From contig JBBRLQ010000001.1 in the NCBI GenBank assembly GCA_038231275.1, positions 576,001 to 640,000 on the forward strand: DNA of 64,000 nucleotides, read 5' to 3'. Below the pieces are notes generated by a model, which was not told the origin of the DNA, made no database searches, and saw only the letters and a program-made list of their open reading frames with translations. Positions 50,091-64,000 of the stretch are shown piece after piece. The first letter of the stretch is position 1; every line of letters begins with the position of its first letter. The DNA is from Polyangiales bacterium (GTDB lineage: Bacteria; Myxococcota_A; Polyangia; Polyangiales; Polyangiaceae). The position numbers and the translations under genes were made by a program.

Positions 50091-51884
50091 ATGAATCGCC
50101 GCCATATCGTTGGGCTACTCGCCGTCGTTGGGGCCTGCGGCTCACCGCCGGCTCCCGCGCCGCCCACCGCGGCGAAGCTCACACCCGTCGACGCAACGCC
50201 GCCGACCCACGCCGAGTCGACCTTCGAAGCGCGCCTGCCGCCGGCGTGGCCGTACCGGGTCCCCGCCGTCGTGAAGGGCGCGCACGGGATGGTCGTGAGC
50301 GACAACGCAATCTCGTCGAAGGTCGGACGCGACGTGCTCGCGGCCGGTGGAAACGCGGTCGACGCGGCGGTCGCGACGGCGTTCGCGCTCGCGGTCGCCT
50401 ACCCGACGGCGGGCAACCTCGGCGGCGGCGGCTTCGCGGTCGCGCGCATGGGCAACGACGTGCGCGCGCTCGACTTCCGTGAGACTGCGCCCGCCGCCGC
50501 TTCACGCGACATGTACCTCGACGCGAGCGGCAAGATGCTCCCGACCGCGCGCGAGGGCATCCGCTCGGCCGGGACGCCCGGCAGCGTGGCGGGCCTATGG
50601 GAGCTCCACCACACGCTCGGCTCGAAGAGGAAGAGCTGGGCCGACGTCCTCGCGCCGGCGATCGCGCTCGCCGAGCAAGGGTTCGTGATCGACGAAGGCT
50701 TCCTCGATACGTTCAAGTTCGCCGGCGAGCGCATGAAGAAGCACCCGGTCAGCGCCGCGCTCTTCTTCCCGAACGGCGAGCTTCCCGTGAAGGGATCGAC
50801 GCTAAAGAATCCGGAGATCGCGATCGTCCTTCGCCGCATCGCCGAGAAGGGCGCGGCCGGATTCTACGAAGGGCCGACCGCCGCCGCGATCGTCGCGCAG
50901 ATGCAGAGCGAGGGCGGCCTCATCACCGCCGCGGATTTGAAGGGCTACCAGGCGAAATGGCGGACGCCGCTGGAGCTGACGTACCGCGGCCACAAGATCA
51001 CCGCGATGCCCCCGCCGTCGTCGGGCGGCGTCACGCTCGCGATGATCTGCCACATCCTGGAGGGATACGATCTGCGCGCGCTCGGGTGGCAGTCGCCGGA
51101 GGAGCTGCACGTCGTCTTCGAAGCGATGCGCCGCTCGTACGCCGCGCGCAACGCGAAGCTCGGCGATCCCGATTTCGTGAAGATGCCGCTCGACGAGCTC
51201 CTCTCCGACGGGTGGGCGAAGGCCCAGCGCGCGACGATCCTCCCCGACAAGGCCACGCCCTCCGCAGAAATCCCCAGCGCGGGACCCGCCAGCGCGAGCG
51301 GCCCGCACACCACGCACTTCTCCGTCGTCGACGACGCCGGCAACGCGGTCGCCCTCACGACGACGCTCAACTGGTTTTACGGCTCGGGCATCACGGTGAA
51401 GGGCGGCGGCTTCGTCCTCAACAACGAGATGGACGATTTTGCGGCGGTGCCGGGCACCGCGAACGGCTACGGCCTCGTGCAAGGTGAAGCGAACGCGATC
51501 GCGCCGGGAAAGCGCATGCTCTCCTCGATGGCGCCGACGATCGTGTCGGGGCCCGACGGCAAGATCGAGCTCGTCATCGGCGGCGCGGGCGGCCCCACGA
51601 TCATCACGGCGGTGTTCGAGGAGATGTCGAACGTCCTCGACTTCGGAATGGATATCGGCGCCGCCGTCGCCGCGCCCCGGTTCCACATGCAGCACCTCCC
51701 CGACGTCGTCTCGTACGAGAAAGACGGGCTCGTGGAGGCAACGGGGAAGCGGCTCGAGGCGATGGGCTACGCGCTCAAAGAGCGTGGACACATCGCCACC
51801 GCGCCGGCGATCGGCCGTGTGGGAAGCGAGTGGATCGGCGCGCCCGAGCCTCGTCGCTTGGGCACCGGCGCCGCCGCGCCTTGA
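50091..51884 (+). CDS. ggt: Gamma-glutamyltransferase (lipoprotein)
   Basis: GGNAVDAAVA, DFRETAP, PPPSSGG, HTTHFSVVD autocleavage site, LNNEMDDF, LSSMAPT. Confidence 0.97.
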   Translation: MNRRHIVGLLAVVGACGSPPAPAPPTAAKLTPVDATPPTHAESTFEARLPPAWPYRVPAVVKGAHGMVVSDNAISSKVGRDVLAAGGNAVDAAVATAFALAVAYPTAGNLGGGGFAVARMGNDVRALDFRETAPAAASRDMYLDASGKMLPTAREGIRSAGTPGSVAGLWELHHTLGSKRKSWADVLAPAIALAEQGFVIDEGFLDTFKFAGERMKKHPVSAALFFPNGELPVKGSTLKNPEIAIVLRRIAEKGAAGFYEGPTAAAIVAQMQSEGGLITAADLKGYQAKWRTPLELTYRGHKITAMPPPSSGGVTLAMICHILEGYDLRALGWQSPEELHVVFEAMRRSYAARNAKLGDPDFVKMPLDELLSDGWAKAQRATILPDKATPSAEIPSAGPASASGPHTTHFSVVDDAGNAVALTTTLNWFYGSGITVKGGGFVLNNEMDDFAAVPGTANGYGLVQGEANAIAPGKRMLSSMAPTIVSGPDGKIELVIGGAGGPTIITAVFEEMSNVLDFGMDIGAAVAAPRFHMQHLPDVVSYEKDGLVEATGKRLEAMGYALKERGHIATAPAIGRVGSEWIGAPEPRRLGTGAAAP

Positions 51885-51942
51885 TCGCGCCGCGCCTCGC
51901 GTCCCGCCTGCGCGAAGGGGATGTCGGGCGGCTGACGCGCGC

Positions 51943-52134
51943 TCAATAGTGCGGCGGAGGCTCGTTGCTCGGCTCGTCGGGGGCGAGCTCCGCCACGCGC
52001 GTGCGCAGCGAGAGGAGCTCCTTCGTCAGGCGATCGATCACGCGCCCTTGATCGGCGACGACGCCGCTCAGCTCCTCGAGCAGGCGCTGCTGGTGCGTGT
52101 AGCGGATCTCGAGCTCGATGATGCGCGCGTCCAT
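51943..52134 (-). CDS. slyX: SlyX family protein
   Basis: RIIELEIRYTHQQRLLEELS...PPPHY. Confidence 0.92.
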   Translation of the reverse strand: MDARIIELEIRYTHQQRLLEELSGVVADQGRVIDRLTKELLSLRTRVAELAPDEPSNEPPPHY

Positions 52135-52142
52135 GCCGCCCC

Positions 52143-52607
52143 CTACTTCGCGCGCGCGCGGTTGTTCTTCGGGAGGTGCTCGAGCTCGATGAGGCCGAGC
52201 GCCTCGAGCACCGGCGGCACGTAGACGCCGAAGCGGCCGCGAAGGCCCTTTTTCAGGCCGTACCAGCCCTTCACCGGGTTCTTTGCGCTGCGGCCCCACG
52301 ACTCGATCGTCCCGCCCGCGGCCGGCTTCTGCTCGTCGGCGCCGCCGAGCGCCATCCAGTCGCCGTGCTTCTTCAGCATCGCCTGCAGATCCCCGATGCA
52401 GCGCAGGTGGTAACGAAGCTCGGTCTTGCCGACGCGGACGACGAGCGCAGGCGGATCGAGCGTGTCGTCGCGGAACGCCGTGAACGCGCTCGTGCCGGGC
52501 GGGGTCGTGAGCTCCCAAGGGCTGGCGCTCGTTCCGGCGGACGTCTTCTTCGCGGGGCTCTTCTTCGCGATCGTCTTCTTCGCGGGAACGGTCTTCTTGG
52601 CGGCCAT
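52143..52607 (-). CDS. DUF6855-like protein with a Lys-rich N-terminal tail
   Basis: WELTTPPGTS...GWYGLKKGLRGRFGVYVPP; AKK repeats at the N-terminus. Confidence 0.8.
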   Translation of the reverse strand: MAAKKTVPAKKTIAKKSPAKKTSAGTSASPWELTTPPGTSAFTAFRDDTLDPPALVVRVGKTELRYHLRCIGDLQAMLKKHGDWMALGGADEQKPAAGGTIESWGRSAKNPVKGWYGLKKGLRGRFGVYVPPVLEALGLIELEHLPKNNRARAK

Positions 52608-52684
52608 GGCCCATGCCTAACACAGCCCGGCGTCGCGCCGCGCGAGCTACAGTCACGTTGCGCGTGAGGGAGGTCCGCAAAAGG

Positions 52685-53167
52685 ATGCGAGGGATGATCT
52701 ACGCCATTTCGCCAGAGGGGGTCATCGGTCTCGGCGGGCAGATCCCGTGGCATCACCCCGCCGATCAGCGGCGCTTCCAGCGGATCACGCGCGGGTGCGC
52801 GGTCATCATGGGGCGGGCGACGTTCGACGAGAACGGCGTCGCGCTCGCGGAGCGTCGCAACCTCGTCGTCACCTCGCGTCCCCTCCCCGTCCCGGGGGTC
52901 GAGACCGCGCCATCGCTCGCCGAAGCCCTCGCGCGCGTCGGCGACGCAGACGTTTGGCTCATCGGCGGCGCGCGCATCTTCGCGGAGGGTGCGTTCGTCG
53001 CCGACCTGATCGACGTCACGTACGTGCCCGACCACGTCCTCGATCAACGCGCCGTCCACGCGCCGCCGATCGATGCGAGCCGCTTCGACGCGGGGCCGCT
53101 CTTGCCCCATGAGGACGATCCGAGCCTGTCGCGCCGCGTCTACCGCCGTCGCCCCGTCGCGGGATAG
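52685..53167 (+). CDS. folA: Dihydrofolate reductase
   Basis: GVIG.GGQIPWHHPAD..RF...T, VIMGRATF, L.ERRNLVVT, LIGGARIF. Confidence 0.9.
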   Translation: MRGMIYAISPEGVIGLGGQIPWHHPADQRRFQRITRGCAVIMGRATFDENGVALAERRNLVVTSRPLPVPGVETAPSLAEALARVGDADVWLIGGARIFAEGAFVADLIDVTYVPDHVLDQRAVHAPPIDASRFDAGPLLPHEDDPSLSRRVYRRRPVAG

Positions 53168-53177
53168 AGTCGCGCTC

Positions 53178-53858
53178 ATGTCCGCGATCGTCCTTCATCA
53201 GTGGGAAATGTCCCCGTTCTGCAACAAAATCCGCCGCGCGCTTCGGCACAAGGGTCTCGCGTTCGAGATGGTGAACTACAACGGCCTCCGCGCCCGCGAC
53301 GCCGCGAAGCTCTCGCCCGTCGGAACGCTCCCGGTTCTCGAATGGGACGGCGAGCGAACCGTCGACTCGTCCGCGATCGCGCTCCTGCTCGATCGCAAGC
53401 GCCCCGACGCGCCGCTTTACCCGACGGATCCCGAGGCGCTCGCGATGGCGCGGTTCTGGGAGGACTGGGCGGGGCAGTCGCTCTACTTCTTCGAGATTCA
53501 CCTGCGCATGCTCGATCCGGAGGCGCTCGAGAAGGCGCTGGATCTCATCTGCGATGGGCGTCCGTCGTTCGAGCGCACGCTCATGAAGATCGTGCTGAAG
53601 CGCCGCTACCCCAAGAAGCTGGGCGCGCAGGGGATCGGCAAGCTGTCGGCGGCGGAGGTCGAGCGTCGGCTCACCGCACACGTGGACGGCCTCGAGGTCC
53701 TGCTCGAGCGGCGCGCGTGGCTCGTCGGCGACGGCCCGACCATCGCGGATCTCTCGGTCGTCGCGCAGCTCGACGAGATCGTGCGCACGAGCCGCCTCGC
53801 AGGAATGATCCGCGGCCACGCGAAGGTCGCGGCGTGGATGGATCGGACGCCGGGGTAG
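53178..53858 (+). CDS. Glutathione S-transferase family protein
   Basis: SPFCNKIRRAL, LPVL, DSSAI, WLVGDGPTIADL. Confidence 0.9.
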   Translation: MSAIVLHQWEMSPFCNKIRRALRHKGLAFEMVNYNGLRARDAAKLSPVGTLPVLEWDGERTVDSSAIALLLDRKRPDAPLYPTDPEALAMARFWEDWAGQSLYFFEIHLRMLDPEALEKALDLICDGRPSFERTLMKIVLKRRYPKKLGAQGIGKLSAAEVERRLTAHVDGLEVLLERRAWLVGDGPTIADLSVVAQLDEIVRTSRLAGMIRGHAKVAAWMDRTPG

Positions 53859-53868
53859 ACTCGCGATC

Positions 53869-56820
<2,952 letters not shown>

Positions 56821-56956
56821 CCGGAAAAGCCGGTCAGGCCTTTCCGGCAGGAGCGTTTCGCTCCGCTGCGCTTCGCTCCACGCTCAGCGGCGCAAACTAA
56901 GTCTCCTTTTCCGTCAGCGGGGGGGGCGCGGCTTCGATATCCTGGGCGTTGCCCCG

Positions 56957-59900
56957 ATGTCCGAGAAGCTTGAGGAGCTCATCGACCTGCTCAAGACAGG
57001 TCTCCTCGTAAAACCCAACGACGCCTACAAGCGCTTCCAGCTCGGGCAGGCCTACCAGAAGGTCGGCAAGCTGGACGACGCGATCAAAGCGCTCTCGCGC
57101 GCGTCGGAGATCAAGGCGGACTACTTCGACGCGCACTACCAGCTCGGGCTCGCCTACCTCGAGAAGGACATCCCTCACAGCGCCTGCGACGCCTTCGCGA
57201 AGGCCGCGGATTTGCGGCCGGGTCACTTCGACGTGCAGTTCGCGCTCGCCGAGCTCGCGATGAAGCTCGAGCGCTTCGATCTCGCCGGCAAGGCTTACGA
57301 CAACGTCGCGATGCTGCGGCCCGACGACTTGCAAGCGCTCCAGCGCGCCGGCAACGCGTACCTGCGCTTCGAAAAATGGGAGCAGGCCGCGAGCTGTTAC
57401 GAGCGCGCGGTGAAGCTCCTGCCCGACGGCGCGGACAACTACCTGCGCTGGGGCATCGCGCTCGTGAAGCTCGAGCGCTTCGAGGACGCCGGTCGTGCGC
57501 TGCGCGACGCCGTTCGACTCGAAGCGCAGGCGCCGGTCGCCGAGGTCTACAAGCTCCTCGGCGAAGCGTGCGCGCGCCTCGGCGAGCCGAAGGACGCGAT
57601 CGCCGCGTACACCCGCGCGATCGCTCTCGAGCCGAAGTTCGCGCGAGGACACGTCGCCATCGCCGAGCAATACGAGGTGCTCGGGCAGGACGAGGACGCG
57701 GTCGACGCCTACAAAATCGCGCTTCGCTACCTCGCGCAGGAGGCGAGCGTCCACGCGCAGCTCGGCCATCCGCTGCGCCGCCTCGGTCGGCACGACGAAT
57801 CGGTCGACAGCTTCACGAAGGCGGTCGGCCTCGCGCCCGACGCGCCGGAGTATCTCTATCAGCTCGGCGTCTCCCACCTCTCCGCGAAGGGCCACGAAGA
57901 GGCGCGGAAATACCTCAAAGAAAGCGTGCACTATGCACCGGATCGCGCGGACGCCTACAAGGCGCTCGGCGAGGCGTGCGGCGCGCTCGGCAAGACCGAC
58001 GAGGCGATCGCGGCGTACGAGAAGGCACTCGCGCTCGATCCTTCGTACCTCGCGGGGCGAGTGGCGGTGGGCAAGCTCCTCGTGGTCGTCGGAAAGGACG
58101 CGCAGGCGGTGCCGATGCTCGAGGCGGCCCTCGGCGCGATGCCCGACGACGCGTCGACGCTCGGCGTCCTCGGCGGCGCGCTGTTGCGCCTCCAAAAAAA
58201 CGAAGAGGCCGCGCTGGCGCTCGAGCGCGCGGTGAAGCTGGTCCCCGACGATCCGGAGCTCCGCCTGCAGCTTGGCGTCGCGCTGGTGCGGCGGAAGCGG
58301 TGGGAGCCGGCGCGCGTCGCGCTTCAAGCGAGCGTGCGCGCGCGGCCCGGCTCGGCGGCGGCGCAGAAGCTCCTCGGCGAGGCGTGCGCGGAGCTCGGCG
58401 ACAAAGAAGAATCGCTCGGGGCATACGCACGGGCCCTCGCGCTCGACGCGACGTTCCTCGAAGCGCACGCGCTCCTCGGCGGGCTCTACGAGGCGCTCGG
58501 CAAGGACGACGAGGCCGTGCTCGCCTACAAAGAGGCGGCGCAGGCGTTCCCGAAGGACGCACGCGTGTGCTCGCGCCTCGGCGCCGCGATGCAGCGCATG
58601 GGGCGAAAGCAGGACGCGGCGGAGTGGTTCGCCAAGGCCGCCGAGATTCGCCCCGACGATCCGGACTGCCTCCAGGATCTCGGCGTCGCCTACAACCACG
58701 TCGGCAAGTACAAGGAGGCGCGCGACGCGCTGGTCGAGTCGGCGCGCGTTCGTCCGCCGCCCGAGCAGGAGTCGGACGCGCAGAAAGTCGGCGACACGCA
58801 GCGCGCGCTCGGAGAGGCGTGCCTCGAGCTCGGACGGAACGACGAGGCCACCGTCGCGTACAAGCGCGCGGTCGAGATCGATCCGAAGTTCGTGCAAGGG
58901 TACCTCGCGCTGGGGCGCCTCTACGAGGCGAGCGCGCAGCCGGCGCTGGCGGCGGCGGCGCTTCGAGAGGCCGTGCGCCTCGCGCCCGACGATCCGGCGC
59001 TCCATGCGCGGCTCGGCGAAGCGCTCTTGTCGACGTCCAAGTTCGAGGAGGCGGGCGACAGCTTCGCGCGGGCGTTCAAGAAGCGCGCAGACGATCCGAG
59101 CTTGGCGTACAAGCTCGGCCTGTCGCACGCGAAGGCTTCACGCTGGGAGCTCGCGGCGCCGCCGCTCGAGCGCGGAGTCGAGCTCGCTCCTGAGCGCGTC
59201 GACCTCTGGAAGCTGCTCGCCCAAGTGGCCCTCGCACTCGGCCTCCATGAGCGCGCTGCGGTCGCGTACCAGAAGGTGCTCGCGCTCGATCCCGCGTTCG
59301 ATCAGGCGTACGCGCCGCTCGCCAAGGCGCTCGAGGCGCTTGGTCGCGACGCCGAGTGTGTCGACGCGCTGCGCCTCGCCGTGAAGGCCGACCCCGACGA
59401 CGGCGCGCTCTACGCGAGCCTCGGCGCCGTGCTCCTCCGGATGCGTGATCTGGACGCCTCGGCCGCGGCGTTCGCGGAGGCGGCGAAGCGCGGCGCGGGA
59501 AATCCCGACATCCTCTATCGCCTCGGCACGACCTACGCGACGCTCGAGCGATGGGCCCTCGCGAAGCAGGCGCTCACCGAGTGCGTCGCGGCGGCGCCGA
59601 GCCACGCAGAAGCGTTCCTTCGCCTCGGCGAGGTGTGCGCGAAACTCGGCGAGCACCTCGCGGCGGTGGATGCCTACAAAAAGGCGCTCGAGCTCGATCC
59701 GACGAGCCCGGCGCCAAACCGCGCGCTCGCGGCGTCGTACGCGGTGCTGGGGCGCGACAAGGAGGCGGTCGACGCGCTGCGGGCGACGATGAAGACGTCG
59801 GGCGTGACCGGTGACTTGCTCCTCGAGGTGGCAAAGCCGCTCCTTCGCCTCGATCGGAACGACGAGGCGTTCGAAGCCCTCGAGCGCGCCGCCGAGAAGA

Positions 59901-62900
59901 AGCAGGGCGATCCCGAAATCATGATGTGGCTCGGCATCGCCTACGGGAAGATGAACCGCGCCGAGCAGGCGATGGGGGCCCTCCGCGAGAGTGTCCGCGT
60001 GCGCCCCGACTCGGCCGCCGCGCAACGCGCCCTCGGAGACGCGTGCGTGCGGACGCAAAAATTCGAGGCTGCGATCAAGGCGTACGCGCGTGCGAGCGAG
60101 CTCGAGCCGGGCGACGACGATCTCCACGTGGTCCTCGCGCGCCTGTACGAGAAGACGGAGCGCTTCGGAGAGGCCGTCGATTCGCTGCGCCGCGCGGTGA
60201 AGGCGTTCCCACGCAACGCGGCGCACCACGCGGCGCTCGCGGAGGCGCTCCTCCGCGAGGGACGGGTAGCCGAGGCGGCGCCGAGCCTCGAGGAAGCGGT
60301 GGCGCTCGAGCCCGACGATCCTGACCTCGTCCTCCGCCTGGGAGGCGTGTACACACAGCTCGGAATGCTCGGGTAGGCGCGAGAGCTGGTGAAGCGTTGC
60401 GTGCGCGTGCGTCCGGACTCGGCGCCGGCGCAGCGCGCGCTCGGCGAGCTGGCGGCGGCGGAGGGGAAGCTCGACGAGGCGCTCGAGGCGTACAAGAACG
60501 CGACGCGCCTCGAGCCGCGTTACGCCGATGCGCAGATCGAGCTCGCGCGGCTCTACGAGAAGACCGGCAAAGACGCCGAGGCTTCGTCAGCGTTTACGAT
60601 CGCCACGAGCCTCGTGGCCGAGCGCGCGGACTTGTGGACGTCGCTCGGCGCGGCGCTCGTGCGGCTCGGCAAGACCGTCGAAGCGACGACGGCGTATGCG
60701 CGGGCGCGAGCGCTCTCGCCGGAGGATCCGGCGGTCCTCTTCGAACTCGGCAGGCTGCACTCCGGCGCGCGCCTGTGGCGTGACGCGAAGGACGTGCTGG
60801 CCGACGTCGTCAAGCGACGGCCCGAGCACGCCGAGGCCTGGAAGCTTCTGGCGGGATCGAACGAGGCGCTCGGGCTCTCGGGAGACGCTGCGGACGCATA
60901 CGAGTGCGCGCTGGAGCTCGATCCGGAGTTTACCGAGGGACGCCTCGCGCTGACGAGCCTCCTTACAACGCTGGGACGCGACGCGGACGCCGTGCGCCAT
61001 CTCGACGACGCCCTCGCTTCGTCTCCCGACGACGCCGAGCTCCACTCGCGCAAGGGGCTGGCGCTGTCGCGCCTCGGCCGCCACGAAGAAGCGCTCGCGG
61101 CGCTGCGTCGCGCGTCGGAGCTGGCCGCACCGCCGCCTGACGCGCTCCTCGCGCGCGGTTTTTCGGCGGCGCAGATCGGTCAGTGGACCGAGGCGAAGAT
61201 CTCGCTCGCCGCAGGGCTCGAGCAGAAGCCGGATGCGCGCGGCGCGCACAGGTGGCTCGGAAAAGCGTCGCTCTCGCTGGGCGAGACCGACGCGGCGCTC
61301 GCGTCCTACCGCCGCGCGCTCGGCGAGGACCCCGATCTCGTCGAGGCGCACGCCGCCGTGGGGCGCATCTTGGCGGCGGCGGGGCACCACGGCGACTCCC
61401 TGCCATCCCTCGCGCGCGCGGCGTCGATGCTCCCCACCGACGCGGCCATCCTCGCGGCGCTCGGCGGCGCGCAGCTGCGGACGGGGAACGTCGACCAGGC
61501 GATCGCGCCGCTCCAGACGGCCAGCGAGCTGTCGCCGGACGCGCCGACGCTGTTCGATCTCGGCGTCGCGCTCGCCGAGAAGGAGCGCTGGAAGGAAGCA
61601 CGCGACGCGCTCGAACGCGCGACGTTGCTGTCGGACCACGCGGGAGCGTTCAAGCGCCTCGGCGACGTGCGCGTGAAGCTCGGCGAGAAGGGGCAGGCGA
61701 TCGCGGAGTATCGGCGCGCGCTCGATCTCGATCCGACGCTGCACGAGCTCCACGGCGTGCTCGGCGCGCTCCTCGAGGCGACGGGTCACGACGAGGAGGC
61801 GACCGTGGCCTACGAGGCGGCGACCGCCGCGGTCCCGAACGACGGGGCGTCGCTGCTCCGCCTCGGGCTCGTGGCGCGTCGCGCGGGGCGTACCGACGAG
61901 GCCGTCGCCGCCTTCTCGAAGGCAGCGCCCCTGCTGCCGAACGACCCGACTCCGACGCGCGAGCTCGGCAGGATCTTCGCGGCGCGCCGCGAGTGGCCGG
62001 AGGCGAGGGAAGCGCTGAAGAAGAGCGTCGCGATCGACGCCACCTCGGCGGAGGTCTGGAAAGATCTTGGCGACGCGTGGCGCGCGCTCGACGAGAGCGA
62101 GCACGCCGTGCACGCGTACCACCAGGCAGTGACGATCGAACCTGGTCTCGGAGACGTGCACCTCGAGCTCGGCCGCCTTTACGCCAAGCTCGGGAGGGAT
62201 GGCGCCGCGGCGAGCGCATACGAGAGCGCGCTGGCGTCGCGGCCCACCGATCAGGCGCTCCTCCAGGGTCTCGCGGAGCTGCTCCAGAAGCTCGGACGTC
62301 ACGCCGACGCCGCGGTGTTGCTCGAGCGCGCGAGCAAGCTCCGTCCTGATGACGCTGATCTCGCGCTCTCGCTCGCCGCCGTTCGCGTGCGCCTGGAACG
62401 ATGGCCAGCCGCGAGGGAGGTGCTCGACCGATGCGTCGCCCTCCGCCCCGAGCACGCCGAATCGCACAAGCTTCGCGCGTCCGTCGTCGCGCGCCTCGGC
62501 GACGTCGACCTCGCGCTCGATGCATACGCGAAGGCGGTCGCGCTCGATCCGGCGTTCGCCGAAGGCCACGTCGCGCGCGCGGGCCTCTTCACGAAGAAGG
62601 GGCTTCCGGTGGAGGCCGCCGCGGCGTACCGGAGCGCGCTCGCCGCGAGGCCTCGCGACGCCGAGCTCCAGATCGCGTTCGCGCGGACGCTGCGCGCCGC
62701 GGGCAACCACAAGGAAGCCGCGGTCGCGTTCGAGGCGGCGACGAAGCTGAAGGACGACTGGGCCGACGCCTACGCAGAGCTCGGCGCCGAGCACGTCGCC
62801 CTCGCGCGATTCGCGGACGCCGTCGACGCGCTCGAGCACGCGCGCGGGATCGATTCGGCGAACGGCGCGCTCATCGGCCCACTCGCGATCGCGTACGAGA

Positions 62901-64000
62901 AGCTCGGTCGCAAGGTCGAGGCCGTCACCATCCTTAAGCGCGCAGTCGAGAAGGACGCCAAGGACGGCGACGCGTGGTTCCGACTCGGCTCGCTCCAGGA
63001 GCAGCTGGGCAAGATCGATGACGCGCTCGCGTCGCTCGCGCAGGCGACCACACTCCGGCCCGCGCACGCAGCGTCGCACGTTGCGCTGGGCGTCGTGCGC
63101 GCCGCGAAGGGCCTCGGCGCAGAGGCGATCGCGTCGTTCCGCGCGGCATTGAAGATCCAACCGAACCTCACGCGCGCGCACCTCGGGATCGCGGAGGCCG
63201 AGAAGGCGGCGGGGCGGCACCACGAGGCGCTCCAATCGTACGGCGAGGTCGCGCGCGCGCAGGTCGGGCAGGTCGAGGCCAATGTCCTCCGCGCCATCGC
63301 GGAGTGCCACGCCGCGCTCGGGCAGCATGACGGGGCGCTCTCGCATGCCGATCGCGTCCTGAAGAGCGCCGTCGACGACGCCGCGATGCACGCGCTGCGA
63401 GGGCGTTCACTGCAAGCGCTCGGGCGCCTCGACGAGGCCGCCGCCGCGTTCGCGAAGGCCGCCGCGCTCACGCCGGAGGACGCGGACGCGCAGTACCGTC
63501 AAGCGGAGGCGTTCTTCGCGTCGGGCAAGCTCGACGGCGCGCGGTCGCTCCTCCAAGCCGCCGTGAAGAGCAAGCCGGGGGACGCGAAGAGCCAGCGTCT
63601 GCTCGGCCTCGTCGCCGCGAAGCTCGGGGATCACGGGCAGGCCATCGAGGCGCTGGAGCAAGCGGTGTGGCTCGCTCCGGGCGATCGCGAGGTCGAGCGC
63701 ACCCTCGGCATCTCGCTCGCGCGCGCGGGGCGCCGCGACGAAGCACGCGCGGCGCTCGAGAAGGCCGTGGCGCACGGTGAGAAGGACGTGGAGGCGCACC
63801 TCGAGCTGGCGTCGCTGCTGCGCGAGCTGAAGCACCCCGACGAGGCCCGCGCGCAGCTCGAAAAGGCGCTCGCTCTCGATCCGTCGCTTTCCGACGCGCA
63901 CTACCAGCTGGGCCTCCTCCTCGAACAGGCGGGGAAGACCGAGGGTGCGGTGAAGTCTTTCCGCGAGGCGTCGCGCCTGCGGCCTGAGCACGTCGACGCG
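56957..64000 (+). CDS. Giant TPR-repeat protein, interrupted by one in-frame TAG (60374-60376), running off the window end
   Basis: Continuous 34-aa TPR register from 56957; after the TAG the same frame continues with TPR motifs in every segment translated up to 64000. Confidence 0.85.

Noticed and set aside
52540-52607. Short TCTTCTTCGCG repeats
   Set aside because: They simply encode the AKK low-complexity tail of the DUF6855-like protein
60374-60376. Genome-wide TAG reassignment or pyrrolysine
   Set aside because: Other genes (FHA protein, hybrid kinase, MBL, GST, GNAT) end at TAG at plausible C-termini, and no pyl genes or suppressor tRNA are in the window
56897-63991. Long antisense and alternative-frame ORFs (e.g. 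56897-59128, 60587-63391; also 10981-13041)
   Set aside because: Shadow ORFs of GC-rich coding genes, Arg/Ala-rich and without recognisable motifs

Overview
GC-rich window from what looks like a myxobacterial (Polyangiales-like) chromosome; the taxon is inferred from the many Ser/Thr kinases, FHA and TPR proteins and Cys-rich lipoproteins. About 60 CDSs are present, including an OmpR-type two-component system, pcnB, a lone dnaK, ggt, folA, slyX, a GT4/GH130 pair, a GH5, TetR/AraC/GbsR regulators and tRNA-Arg(CCG). Downstream of the tRNA is a lower-GC accessory region (about 17.0-25.4 kb). It starts with an unannotated IS transposase remnant and carries a cytoplasmic PAS3-GAF hybrid kinase and a cluster of general-stress-type genes. 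Main observations: (1) a recurring sigma54 (-24/-12) promoter motif precedes the general-stress-type genes and several lipoprotein genes; (2) a TPR-only frame of more than 2300 codons is broken by one in-frame TAG; (3) a signal peptidase I homologue lacks both catalytic residues; (4) a 24-aa membrane protein was missed by the ORF track; (5) many genes appear leaderless; (6) several secreted proteins have unusual architectures. All family calls come from motif recognition by eye; no database searches were run.
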